Shown one piece after another: positions 52,040-62,400 of a DNA stretch of 64,000 nt. The notes beneath the pieces are model-generated. The model was not told where the DNA came from. It made no database searches and saw nothing but the letters and a program-made list of their open reading frames with translations. Position 1 is the first letter of the stretch. Every line of letters starts with the position of its first letter. The stretch is from Naegleria gruberi (Eukaryota), in NCBI GenBank assembly GCA_000004985.1, contig GG738850.1; one strand, written 5' to 3'. A program made the position numbers and the translations under genes.

Positions 52040-54055
52040 ATGAAAACCCTATTGTCGTTAGCAGGCAGACTAACAAGTCTCACCATGCTGTTATTCTTAT
52101 ATTGTTTACTTGTTGCTTTAAACAATTCGACAGTAGAAGCATCCATTGATCCACTCTATAAAATGTCAACATTTATTGGTGGTGGCACATCACCCATTAC
52201 AAATGGCATACTCACTACAAATGCTACACTCTCTAGACCTAGTGGTTTAGCTTTATACAGAGGAGAAGTCTATCTAGTAGATTCTGCAAGAATTCTAAAA
52301 GTTAACAATCATAACAATTCCCTTACTATTATTGCTGATGTAAATGCAATGTTGAATAATCCATTTGGTATTTGTTTGAATGATGAAGGTGAAATTTTTA
52401 TTGTTGAGCGAGCTTCACATGTGGTTCGTAAAATTTTGACAAATGGTACAATTATTGTATTTGCTGGAATTGTTAATCAACAAGGTTATTCTGGGGATGG
52501 TGGTTTGGCTGTAAATGCAGCTCTTAATTGGCCATATGATGTAGCATGTGATTTAAAGACTGGTGATGTTTACATTTCAGATAATGAGAATCAACTTATT
52601 CGAAAGGTGTTCAAAAATGGAACTATTACAACAATTGCTGGATCTAGATCTGGAGGCACAACACAAGATGGATCTTTAGCCACCCAAACTGTAATTAATC
52701 GACCAATGATGATGTCTCTGAGTTCGAATGGTAATCTCTACTTTACTTCAAATATTTGTACAATTCGAAAGATCAGTACGAATCAAACTATTTCAACAGT
52801 TGCTGGCGATGGTCAAAATAATAATTATCGTAAAAATGACATTCTAGCTACATTAGTAACTCTGGATGTACCATTTGGAGTCGATGAAGGTCCATTTGGT
52901 GAATTGTACATTGCAGAAACTTACCTTAGTGCTATTCGAAAGGTTTCTCCAAATGGAATAATTTCAAAAATTGCTGGAACTTTCCAATCAGGAGTTTCAC
53001 TGAATACCGTTTTAGATGCTTCCAAAGCTCAAATAACCGATCCATATGATGTCATAGTTGATCCTTCTACTGGAATAGTTTACTTTTCCGAATATTCATC
53101 AGATGTTAAACGAGTTGCTAAATTGGAGCCATACTGTACATTTCCTTTTGAATTAATTAATGGAACATGTACTTACTCATGTTATGGAATTGGATATGAT
53201 GATGCAAGAGTTTGTGCTGGGCATGGAATTTGCCTTTCGAATAATACATGTCAATGTGAATCAGGATGGAAAGGTAATAATCAATGTTCCTTACCTTCAT
53301 GTGAATTATTGAATAATTGTACTGGAAATGGAATGTGTATTTCAAATAATACTTGTGAATGTAATTCCAAATGGAAACATATTGATTGTTCCATTAGTAT
53401 TTGTATTCCATATTTGAATTTAAATAGTCAATTACAATGTTCTCAAGATTTAAATAGTCAATTATTAACATTTAATGAATTACAATCAAATATTAATTTA
53501 AATCCAATTAATTTAAATGAAAATCAACAAATTACTTTTATTTTAGGTAATAATTTTACAAATAATTTGGAAAATTCAAAATATTTTATTAGTTCATCAA
53601 TTTCTCAATCAAATTTACAATTTTATTCAAATGTTACAAATTTAGTTTTACAAAATTCAAATTCTACATTCATTCAACTCCAATTATCAAATTCAATTCA
53701 ATTCCATTTCAAAAATATCGACATTGAACTGTCATCTTTCAATTATACATGTTTAAGATATGACTATTTGTTAAATAGATGGACAAATGAATCAATTTCT
53801 ACAATAATAGATTTATCCGTGAATGAAATTACATGTTCAACTAATTATTTATCTACATCAATTGTTATTCAGAGATATAGAATTATTGAAGTAGTTCCAT
53901 CAAAGTCAAATGTCATCCCAAAGGTATCGAATAGTAATGGTGGAACTGTTGTTAATCCAAAAGAATCTAATAGAGGAATTATTAGTCATGCAATTAGACT
54001 TGTCGGTTCAACAACTTTGACTGTTGTAATAATGATGATATTTAACATTTTGTAA
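52040..54055 (+). CDS. Secreted or surface protein with N-terminal NHL-repeat beta-propeller and tenascin-type EGF-like repeats, Asn-rich C-terminal region and hydrophobic tail.
   Basis: Signal peptide (MKTLLSLAGRLTSLTMLLFLYCLLVALN). Repeated NHL-like blades (PSGLALYRGEVYLVDSA; PFGICLNDEGEIFIVE; PYDVACDLKTGDVYISD; PMMMSLSSNGNLYFTS; PFGVDEGPFGELYIAE). Cys-rich EGF-like modules (CAGHGICLSNNTCQCESGWKGNNC; CTGNGMCISNNTCECNSKWKHIDC). C-terminal hydrophobic segment. Confidence 0.75.
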   Translation: MKTLLSLAGRLTSLTMLLFLYCLLVALNNSTVEASIDPLYKMSTFIGGGTSPITNGILTTNATLSRPSGLALYRGEVYLVDSARILKVNNHNNSLTIIADVNAMLNNPFGICLNDEGEIFIVERASHVVRKILTNGTIIVFAGIVNQQGYSGDGGLAVNAALNWPYDVACDLKTGDVYISDNENQLIRKVFKNGTITTIAGSRSGGTTQDGSLATQTVINRPMMMSLSSNGNLYFTSNICTIRKISTNQTISTVAGDGQNNNYRKNDILATLVTLDVPFGVDEGPFGELYIAETYLSAIRKVSPNGIISKIAGTFQSGVSLNTVLDASKAQITDPYDVIVDPSTGIVYFSEYSSDVKRVAKLEPYCTFPFELINGTCTYSCYGIGYDDARVCAGHGICLSNNTCQCESGWKGNNQCSLPSCELLNNCTGNGMCISNNTCECNSKWKHIDCSISICIPYLNLNSQLQCSQDLNSQLLTFNELQSNINLNPINLNENQQITFILGNNFTNNLENSKYFISSSISQSNLQFYSNVTNLVLQNSNSTFIQLQLSNSIQFHFKNIDIELSSFNYTCLRYDYLLNRWTNESISTIIDLSVNEITCSTNYLSTSIVIQRYRIIEVVPSKSNVIPKVSNSNGGTVVNPKESNRGIISHAIRLVGSTTLTVVIMMIFNIL

Positions 54056-54214
54056 ATAAATCGAGCAAGGATTGTATAATACCTCGACTTCTTGTGATGA
54101 TCACCTTGAGATTACAACTCACGTTTGGAAACCAAATTGTTACAAAATCACGTTTCAGATTTCATTTAAATTCAACAATAGCATTCTACCTAACATTCAA
54201 AACACAATTAAAAA

Positions 54215-54931
54215 ATGGCCTTTAGAAGTTTCATTTCCACATCCTCTATTACATTATTATCACTTGGAAGTTTGTATACTAGTGTGAATACAAGTGAAGC
54301 CCTAAATGCAACTAGAAAGTATTTAGAGACAACTGAAAAAGTTGCCACAACTCAAAATACCATGTTTGATAAAACAGTCAATGCATTACAAGAGGTTGAA
54401 CAGTTAAAGAACATCCAATCTGAATTGGTGAAAAAACTTAGCATGGAGTCAACTCAACTTCTTTCATTAGAAGAAGAACTTGCTTCATTAAAAACTCAAA
54501 GAATAGTTGATGTTTTAGCCCCTTGTTTGATTGCAGGAGGTACTATGTGGGCAATCTATTTCATTTATAAATATTTCAGCAAGTCAAAGAAATCAAACTC
54601 TGAAGAGGAAAGAAATATGCCAAAAATACTTTTGACATTCTACATTGAGAAGGATCATTTCTCTGATTCATTGGAAGAAAAAATTACAACTCGTTTAGAG
54701 GCAGTTCAACATTATGGATTCCAATTCAAAAGAACATTTTCTTCACAAGGTTCTCACTTTACAATCGTTAGTAGTGAAAAACAAGTTATTGAAGATTCTA
54801 GAATTTTACTAACAATTGGAATGAAGGAAGAAGAAGGTTCAAATGAAGTAGCAGTTAGAAAGGATACTTCTGGAGATGTTCACTTCGATACGAGAGTTGT
54901 GAATAAGTTGATAAGCAAATTGCAAATTTAA
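54215..54931 (+). CDS. Hypothetical membrane protein: signal/anchor, lumenal coiled-coil, one TM, ~110-aa cytoplasmic domain.
   Basis: 238-aa ATG-initiated ORF. Hydrophobic N-terminus, heptad-rich segment (LQEVEQLKNIQSELVKKLSMESTQLLSLEEELASLK) and TM (VLAPCLIAGGTMWAIYFIYKYF). The C-terminal domain has an alpha/beta-like pattern (KILLTFYIEKDHFSDSLEEKITTRLEAVQHYGFQF). No confident family. Confidence 0.5.
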   Translation: MAFRSFISTSSITLLSLGSLYTSVNTSEALNATRKYLETTEKVATTQNTMFDKTVNALQEVEQLKNIQSELVKKLSMESTQLLSLEEELASLKTQRIVDVLAPCLIAGGTMWAIYFIYKYFSKSKKSNSEEERNMPKILLTFYIEKDHFSDSLEEKITTRLEAVQHYGFQFKRTFSSQGSHFTIVSSEKQVIEDSRILLTIGMKEEEGSNEVAVRKDTSGDVHFDTRVVNKLISKLQI

Positions 54932-55101
54932 CCAAATAACAAATTGTTCAATGATTCAAAATTTTGGAAGTTTCTTGTAATCATTTCGTTATCTTATTGA
55001 ATAGTCTACCACAATGAATAAACCATAAGAGAAAAAGTTACTTCTTTACATTGCTTTTTTTCAAATTGTTTGGAGTGATGTAAAAAGCAAAGTAAAAGAA
55101 T

Positions 55102-55174
55102 TGCTGACGGACGGGATCGAACCGGCGACCAATGGCTTATTAGACCAACGCTCTACCGACTGAGCTACGCCAGC
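55102..55174 (-). tRNA. tRNA-Ile (anticodon AAT), with one C-U mismatch in the T stem.
   Basis: Reverse complement is GCTGGCGTAGCTCAGTCGGTAGAGCGTTGGTCTAATAAGCCATTGGTCGCCGGTTCGATCCCGTCCGTCAGC(A). A box TAGCTCAGTCGGTAGAGC, B box GGTTCGATCCC, anticodon loop CTAATAA, 7-bp acceptor with one G-U. T stem GCCGG/CCGTC has a 50-64 C-U mismatch and the anticodon stem has a 27-43 U-U mismatch. Confidence 0.7.
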
Positions 55175-55554
55175 TTAAATTCATTGTGAAATTTCTTAAT
55201 AATTCACTTATACAATAATTAGCTAATCGAAATCGTTCAAGATATTTTCAGAATAAATCTTTAGGAATAATCTTTGGGTTGTGCGGTACTGATACTTCAT
55301 TGAACAGAACATTTGGCACATCTTTTAAATTTAGGAAGAGATGTTACAGATTCGTGTGATGATTTTGCAAGTTGTGTTGGTTGTGAGTAATCCATCATGA
55401 GGGTTGTGTCCTCAGCCACTAATTGCTCTGCAGCACCATCTTGGTCTTGAATTGATTGATAGAGTGGAGAATGCATGTTTAGTGTTTGTTTTTTGCTGAT
55501 GGTGTTTTTCAAAATTGATTTTCACACAGGTTCAAGTTGAAATAAATATTCGAA

Positions 55555-56541
55555 ATGGAAGGTAATTCGAATAGTGGAGTATTGATTTCCAGAAGAAAGT
55601 TGAAAAAATCCTTCATTAACAAGCTTAAAACTAAAATTAAATTCCATTCAATATTGAAAAAAATGAGTCATTCCTATAGCGAAATTGAAGAACTAGGCAA
55701 TTTGCCATCCGAGCAATACCAAACCGAATCATTCAGAAAATTAATTAATCAGTTTCTTGAATTGTTACAAAAACATCCTAATCTTTCACCTTTTCAGGTA
55801 CCTGCATATTTTGATAAACAATTCTTTTGTTGTTTGTGGTTGGAACTGAATAAAGTACTTACTCCAGAACATCAATACAATGTCTCTCGATCGAGAATGA
55901 AGAGGAAAGACATGATTGAAATGAGTGCTAAACATAGAGAAGTGGTTATGGAAGAAATGAGGAAACTTGTGAAAAAATTGGAATGTGAGGAATATGTATG
56001 TTCTCATACGGTGAAGGAAGTGGAATCGAGTGGAATTCGTGGAATGGTGGATTTTGGAGTGAAGTTTGATGGAAAGATTGTCAAGATTGGAACTGCTTTT
56101 GTAATTAATCCAAATTTTGAGGAGGGAAAATCATTGATTACTGTTATTAGTATGCAAAAGGGATGCTATCCATTCTTGCCCCCTTATGAATTTAAACCCC
56201 ATTCAATTATATCATATCCATGGAACTTGATGAGAAGAAGTACAGAATCACAGAAGGAAATTGAGGAAAAGATGGAAAATTTCTCCAGTGTTATACCAGA
56301 TCAGTCAGATGTTGGATATCTCGATACTTTCATAAAGAATAATTCCAAGAAACGTTCGATTGAAGATTTGGATGGAAGTAAACTGGTAGAAATGAACAGA
56401 AAGCTACTGAAACTGTCAAAGGATTTAAAAACAGAAAATGAAGAGTTGAAAGAATCTAAAAAAGCTCTAGAGAAAGAAAATTTAAAGCAAAAGAATTTAC
56501 TCCTCGCTCTAAGGGCCATGATGGATGCGTCTAGTCTGTAA
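55555..56541 (+). CDS. Hypothetical protein with a C-terminal coiled coil (328 aa).
   Basis: ATG-initiated ORF with a Lys/Glu-rich heptad C-terminus (LVEMNRKLLKLSKDLKTENEELKESKKALEKENLKQKNLL). No family recognised. Confidence 0.5.
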   Translation: MEGNSNSGVLISRRKLKKSFINKLKTKIKFHSILKKMSHSYSEIEELGNLPSEQYQTESFRKLINQFLELLQKHPNLSPFQVPAYFDKQFFCCLWLELNKVLTPEHQYNVSRSRMKRKDMIEMSAKHREVVMEEMRKLVKKLECEEYVCSHTVKEVESSGIRGMVDFGVKFDGKIVKIGTAFVINPNFEEGKSLITVISMQKGCYPFLPPYEFKPHSIISYPWNLMRRSTESQKEIEEKMENFSSVIPDQSDVGYLDTFIKNNSKKRSIEDLDGSKLVEMNRKLLKLSKDLKTENEELKESKKALEKENLKQKNLLLALRAMMDASSL

Positions 56542-56639
56542 TTTTAATAGATAAACCAGTTCTCCCCTAATTAATCTAGATTCCACAAGCTCTCAATTTT
56601 CTCAAACTCAAAAAAAGGATTACAAAATCTTTAAAAAAA

Positions 56640-57131
56640 ATGAATCAAAACCTCTTCAGCTCGGAATTACTTTCCCTCCTCAACAATACAAACTCAACGT
56701 TTAGCGATGAAGTATCTTTGGGTAGTAATTTAAATAATAATACAAAAAATGCAATAAATATTGATGATGAAGAAGAGGAGATCGGATTTCAAGACTCGGC
56801 AGAAAAGGAATTTATTAATAATATTCCACAATTAGGATTATATTTCGAACCAAAGGAAAAGATTTCAAATAATTCATCAATACCCAATGATTTCCTTCAA
56901 TATAATTTTATTAGAGTTCCTCCCATTATTTCGGAAGAGGAAAGGAAATCGTCTCTGTCAATGATTTGTGATGGAGAAATTATTAAAATTTCAAAGCCAC
57001 AAGATGAAAAATCATCGGCAGATATTGAATTGCATAGTATGGAAAGAATGAAAAATAATTTATATGATAATTTTGGAGTGGAAAATAATCAGCGAGCTAG
57101 ACTTGTATCATATCAAGAACAAAAATTGTAA
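56640..57131 (+). CDS. Hypothetical Asn/Ser-rich small protein (163 aa).
   Basis: ATG-initiated ORF 98 bp after the previous gene. No family recognised. Confidence 0.4.
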   Translation: MNQNLFSSELLSLLNNTNSTFSDEVSLGSNLNNNTKNAINIDDEEEEIGFQDSAEKEFINNIPQLGLYFEPKEKISNNSSIPNDFLQYNFIRVPPIISEEERKSSLSMICDGEIIKISKPQDEKSSADIELHSMERMKNNLYDNFGVENNQRARLVSYQEQKL

Positions 57132-57238
57132 AAATAATTGAATGAATTAATTTTGGAATTTACAAAAATATTTCAAGTGTAAAATTTAGAATTTTTAACA
57201 GTTAGCCTTAATATTTATTAAATTTTTTAATTATTTAT

Positions 57239-58582
57239 TTACTTCTTGTTTGGTTGTTGATCTTCATAGACCTTAGTGACGATACCGGCACCAATGGTGA
57301 GACCGCCTTCTCTGACAGCAAAGCTCAAACCTTCAATAATAGCAACGTGGTTAATCAAAGAAACGTTGATCTTCTTCTTGTCACCTGGCATAGCCATACA
57401 CTTTTCACCTTCAGCGATATCCTTACCTTCTTCTGGGTAGATCTTCATCTTACCAGTAACGTCGGCAGTTCTGAAGAAGAATTGTGGTGAGAAACCATCA
57501 ACGAAAGCAGTACGTCTACCACCTTCTTCAGCAGTCAAAACGTAAATGTCAGCATCGAACTTTTGACGTGGCTTCAACAAACCAGGCTTACAGATAACTT
57601 GACCTCTCTTAATTTGCTTCTTATCAATACCTCTCAACAAGATACCCAAATTGTCACCAGCTTGACCTCTATCAACCAACTTGTGGAACATTTCAATACC
57701 AGTAACAGATGACTTGAGAGCAGTTGGAGCAAAACCAACAACTTCAACTTCAGCACCTAATTTGAGTTGACCTTGATCGACCTTACCAGTGGCAACAGTA
57801 CCTCTACCTGAGATAGTGAAAACACCTTCAACAGGCATCAAGAATGGCTTGTTAATATCTCTTTCTGGTTCTGGAATATCCTTATCAACAGCATCCATCA
57901 ACTTTTGAATTGCTTGAGTACCGATTTCAGAGCTGTCTCCTTCCAAACCCTTCAATGCAGAACCTCTGATAATACTAATGTTATCACCATCAAATCCGTA
58001 TTGTTTAACAGTATCTCTAATTTCTTCTTCAACCATTTCAATCATTTCAGCATCAGGAACCAAGTCGACCTTGTTCAAAAAGACGACAATATGCTTGATA
58101 CCGACTTGTTTACACAACAACAAATGTTCTCTAGTTTGGAGCATAGGACCATCGTCAGCGGAAATGACAAGGATGGAACCGTCCATTTGAGCAGCACCAG
58201 TAATCATGTTTTTAATGTAGTCAGCGTGTCCAGGACAGTCAATGTGGGCATAATGTCTAGTAGCGGTAGCATATTCAATGTGTGAAGTAGAAATGGTAAT
58301 ACCTCTTTGTTTTTCTTCTGGAGCTTTATCAATTTGATCGTAGGCCAAAAAGCTGTTAGCCTTTGGATCCAATTCATTCAAATATTTAGTAATAGCAGCA
58401 GTGAGTGTGGTTTTACCGTGGTCAACGTGACCGATAGTACCAATGTTGATGTGTGGCTTGCTTCTGTCGAACTTTTCCTTAGCAGCAAATCTAACTTGGT
58501 TAGTGTTCATCATTTTAGAACCACTCACCAAGACATTGGTCTTGAGTTGTTGTTTGATAATGTTTCTAGATGAAGAGAACAT
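57239..58582 (-). CDS. TUFM: Mitochondrial translation elongation factor Tu (EF-Tu).
   Basis: 447 aa. G-domain motifs [24 protein letters not shown] and SAL follow an N-terminal presequence-like extension ([34 protein letters not shown]). High identity to bacterial-type EF-Tu throughout. Confidence 0.95.
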   Translation of the reverse strand: MFSSSRNIIKQQLKTNVLVSGSKMMNTNQVRFAAKEKFDRSKPHINIGTIGHVDHGKTTLTAAITKYLNELDPKANSFLAYDQIDKAPEEKQRGITISTSHIEYATATRHYAHIDCPGHADYIKNMITGAAQMDGSILVISADDGPMLQTREHLLLCKQVGIKHIVVFLNKVDLVPDAEMIEMVEEEIRDTVKQYGFDGDNISIIRGSALKGLEGDSSEIGTQAIQKLMDAVDKDIPEPERDINKPFLMPVEGVFTISGRGTVATGKVDQGQLKLGAEVEVVGFAPTALKSSVTGIEMFHKLVDRGQAGDNLGILLRGIDKKQIKRGQVICKPGLLKPRQKFDADIYVLTAEEGGRRTAFVDGFSPQFFFRTADVTGKMKIYPEEGKDIAEGEKCMAMPGDKKKINVSLINHVAIIEGLSFAVREGGLTIGAGIVTKVYEDQQPNKK

Positions 58583-59014
58583 GGTTGGAGCAAGAAGAAA
58601 TATTTTTTTTGAGGTCGTTTTTTAAATTTCAATCATTTTGTGTGTTGGTGTGTTGACTTCAAACTTTTGCCGCTCGTTTTTTAAATCGCTAATTGAAAAT
58701 ACTAGTTGTTTGTAAATTGAAGCAAATGGTGTATGTGTCGGAATCATGTTGTGTGTTGTTGGATAACAATGAGTAATTATATTGCTTGATGATATATTAT
58801 TTGGATAACAAATTATTTTTCTATTGGGTTTTTTTGGAGGAGTTTTATGTTTCTCCTTTTTGGGAACCTCTAAGTCTTAAGACTTAAACAATCCAAAAAA
58901 ATCATTGTTGAATAGTCATCCTATGAGTTAAATAATAACTTATTCTGAATGGCCACCTTCCTTACTTTACACAATTTCTTTGCACAGACAGTTAACTGTT
59001 AAAACAAAACAATT

Positions 59015-59086
59015 CTCCCATGCCGGGAATTGAACCCGGACCTCCTGGGTGAAAGCCAGGTATCCTAGCCATTGGACTACACGGGA
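59015..59086 (-). tRNA. tRNA-Glu (anticodon TTC).
   Basis: Reverse complement is TCCCGTGTAGTCCAATGGCTAGGATACCTGGCTTTCACCCAGGAGGTCCGGGTTCAATTCCCGGCATGGGA(G). Anticodon stem-loop CCTGG-CTTTCAC-CCAGG, B box GGTTCAATTCC, and a T4 run a few nucleotides 3' of the gene. Confidence 0.9.
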
Positions 59087-59412
59087 ATACATTTACAATG
59101 AAAATATTTCACTGATGAACAAAACTGTAAATGACGGATATTGGAATTGTTTGCTTAATAATTTAAAAAATAATATTAGGGAATATATTTGCTGGTATGT
59201 TATTCAAAAATCAATTAAAAACTGAATGCAGAGAAATTCATTTAAATATTATTATTTCAGATGACAGTTTTCAATTTTGTTGTTTATTGTTTGTGAAAAT
59301 GAAATCTCTACTTATTTTCATCATTTTCCTCAAACTCAACATTATATTCTTCCATTCTTTCCTATAAATAGAGCAAGACATTTGCAACAAAATAATTTTC
59401 ATTAAATAAAAA

Positions 59413-62400
59413 ATGAACCCAAACAATCGACCACCTCATCCTACAACAGCAGGAGGTTATTATTCTTCATCATCTGGAAATAATAATAACGTGGTCGGCG
59501 GTGGTGGTTTTAATCAACAACAAAATCACTCTTCATCAGGAATTCCTCCACATAATAGACAAGGCTTTCCTACGGGACAAGGAAGAACAAATCAAAATGG
59601 CCCAATTGTACAAAATAGACAACAACATCCACCAAGAAATGTAAATAATCCTAATACAAATCCAAATAATATTCCATCAACAATGCAACAAAATAGAAAA
59701 AAACATCCATCAGGTAGTCAATCCTCATATCCAACACAACCTCATCAATCATATCATAACAATACAACAGGAAGTGGATTTAGTACACAAGCTGGACATA
59801 AAGCAACGTTTGGAAAAAAAGGTCAAGAAGTTGTTGTTGAACAATTATCAGCAAAATTAGGATTTCCGGATGTCTTTCTATGTGAACAAAATTCTAGTAG
59901 ACCGGTCATGGAATTGTCTTTTACACCTAGTACTGCTCGTGATGGTTATGTTGACAAGTCATTTTCATATATTGATCGTGAACCAATTGATTCTCATGGA
60001 ACTCACTTCTTTAATAATGATTTTTATAATTTATTAGAAAAATCTGAACAAACTTTAAGGGATGAGTACAAGACTTTTTCAACAAACAAAACAAGGGAAG
60101 AAATGAAACAAAGATTCGAAAATGCCTACAATTCTTGCAGTTGTACAGCTAATAATTCCTTCTTCCCAAAACTCACAGATACAGGTACTATGTTCAAAGC
60201 CCTTGCTGGAAGACCTGATGAGCAAAAAAGATCATCCCTTGCATCTTCAAGAACATCTCTTAGAGAATTGGCATCAAAACTTTCTAGATATTATGTTAAA
60301 CCTAACTTCTTTGAACTTTTAGCACAAAACAATATTCCATTCTTCAGAGCCTTATGGTACACTAAAATTCTTATTAGAGACATTAATACCAACATTACAA
60401 ATGTAAAGGATCTAGCACAAGATTTAACAACCAAGTTTTGTGACTACTTGCTTACATCTTGTAACGATGACAGTACAGATCCTAAAAAGAAGAACTCAAT
60501 TGTGTATACCATCAACTTTTTATCCTATTGCCTTGAAGAGAATTTATTGAATGAAAATGTTTTAGGACAAAGGCTATTAGAAATTTTAGAAATCAAGTTT
60601 GGTATCAAACCAAAAGCAAGCAAGGATACACCTCTCATGGATGCATACTTTTTCTCATTACTTTATGTTAAAACAAGTGATCAAATTTATCAACAACTGT
60701 CAACTACAATCCAATCATCTAAAAAGGTTGGCTCGGTGATCAAATTTTATGTATTACAATTATTTAAATTATTTATGATGCATTCTTCCGATCCAAAATT
60801 TACATTTGAAATTTTTAGAAGACTAAATCCTGGACAACAACAACTTTCATTAGACAGTGTTAAAAATCTATTTTGCAAAATTAAGGATGATATTTATGCC
60901 ATCAATGTACTTGATAGACATAATTGTAACATTCCAGAGTTATATAATATTCTCTTGAATAACAAGGAAGTTGGTGTTCAACTCATATCTACCATTTGCA
61001 AGTGGGCTATTACTCCAAAACGATTCCAAAACTATAGGCCATATATTGCAGGTACCTTGGTGAATAACTTTATCAAACAAAATCCTACAATGAAGAAACA
61101 AGTAGAAGATACCTTATTCAAAGAAGTTCTAAATTATTCAGAGGAGCCTACTCCAGATACTTACAAAAATATGTTGAAACTATTCAATGAGCTAATTCTT
61201 CAAAATAACTTTTCCATTAGTGAATATATCAAATATCTTACATCTAGAGGTTTTAATGTAGCTAAGACAGATGAATTTAACACTAGGCACACCAATATTC
61301 TCAAAAATTTGCCCTCATATGATCCTAACACAAAGAATAAGATTTACTCTAAACTCTATGGCACCAAACATGAAATTGTGAGGAAAAACCAGCAAACTGA
61401 AACTGAAATCCAAGAAAATATTTTCAAACTTATTAATGGAGGCAGTGATCATAATATTTCCTCCATTATTGAAAGTATGACTCTTTTACCAGAAAATGGA
61501 ATGCAGTTTGAAATTACACAACAAATAGCTGAGCATGTAAAGACTATGGATCTTGCATATTTATCGGAACAAACAATAGATAGTATTTTGGCAATTATGA
61601 TCTCAGTATCCAATCTTAGAGCTTTTAGAGATATTGTGTATAATATTACTACCAAACTCATCTCTGGAGAATTTAAATCTCCTAATCTAGAAATTAAGAT
61701 GTTTTCTATTATTAAGAATAGTCTCCAGCTCTTCATTTCTTTAGACGATTCAGATATCATTGATATATTCCAAAAACGATTCAAAACAACAAACAACAGA
61801 AATATTCAATCTATTATCCATAGATACATTACCGAAATATCAACAACTCCAAATGCTGACCCTTTCAAAACAAAAATAACCAAATTTACCAACGATTGTA
61901 ATGTCATTCCTGCTCCAATTAATATCGAGCAATCGCCTACAATCCACCCATTTACACAGTATATACAAAGCCAAGATATTATTTTGATACCGTCCAACAT
62001 CTTGGTTTCCGAATTAACCAAATCCCCTACCAAATTCTCCAACGATCAACTTAAACATTTAATTGAGGTACTATTCGAAAAATTCCAAAAGCATAGAGTA
62101 GACACTTACATAACAGTCTTGAGAGATATGTATACATTTAGTCATCTATTATCTGATACTTCAATTATTGAATGCTTTAAGGATTTCATTATTTCAACAC
62201 TTGACAGTACTCAGTACATTAGAGAAAAGCACTCTTCACTCATTCTATTCTGTATGAAAGCTGTAACTTGTGGTGTTCTCTCTGGATACACCTTCCTCAA
62301 TCATATATTATTTAACGTATTTGATAATCTCAAGTCTAAGGTTGCAACTATTTCTAAGCCTAATCCACAAGTCCAAGCCATTACATCTATTCATGCTATG

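Noticed and set aside
55297-55512. 71-aa minus-strand ORF between tRNA-Ile and the 55555 gene
   Set aside because: It is short, has no recognisable domain or signal, and sits in a likely promoter region. It could be a real micro-gene, but sequence alone does not support calling it.
56520-56642. Possible intron joining the 55555..56541 and 56640..57131 ORFs into one gene
   Set aside because: There is no acceptable GT donor at the end of the first ORF, the frames differ, and the first ORF ends in a well-formed coiled coil followed by a stop. I treat them as separate genes.
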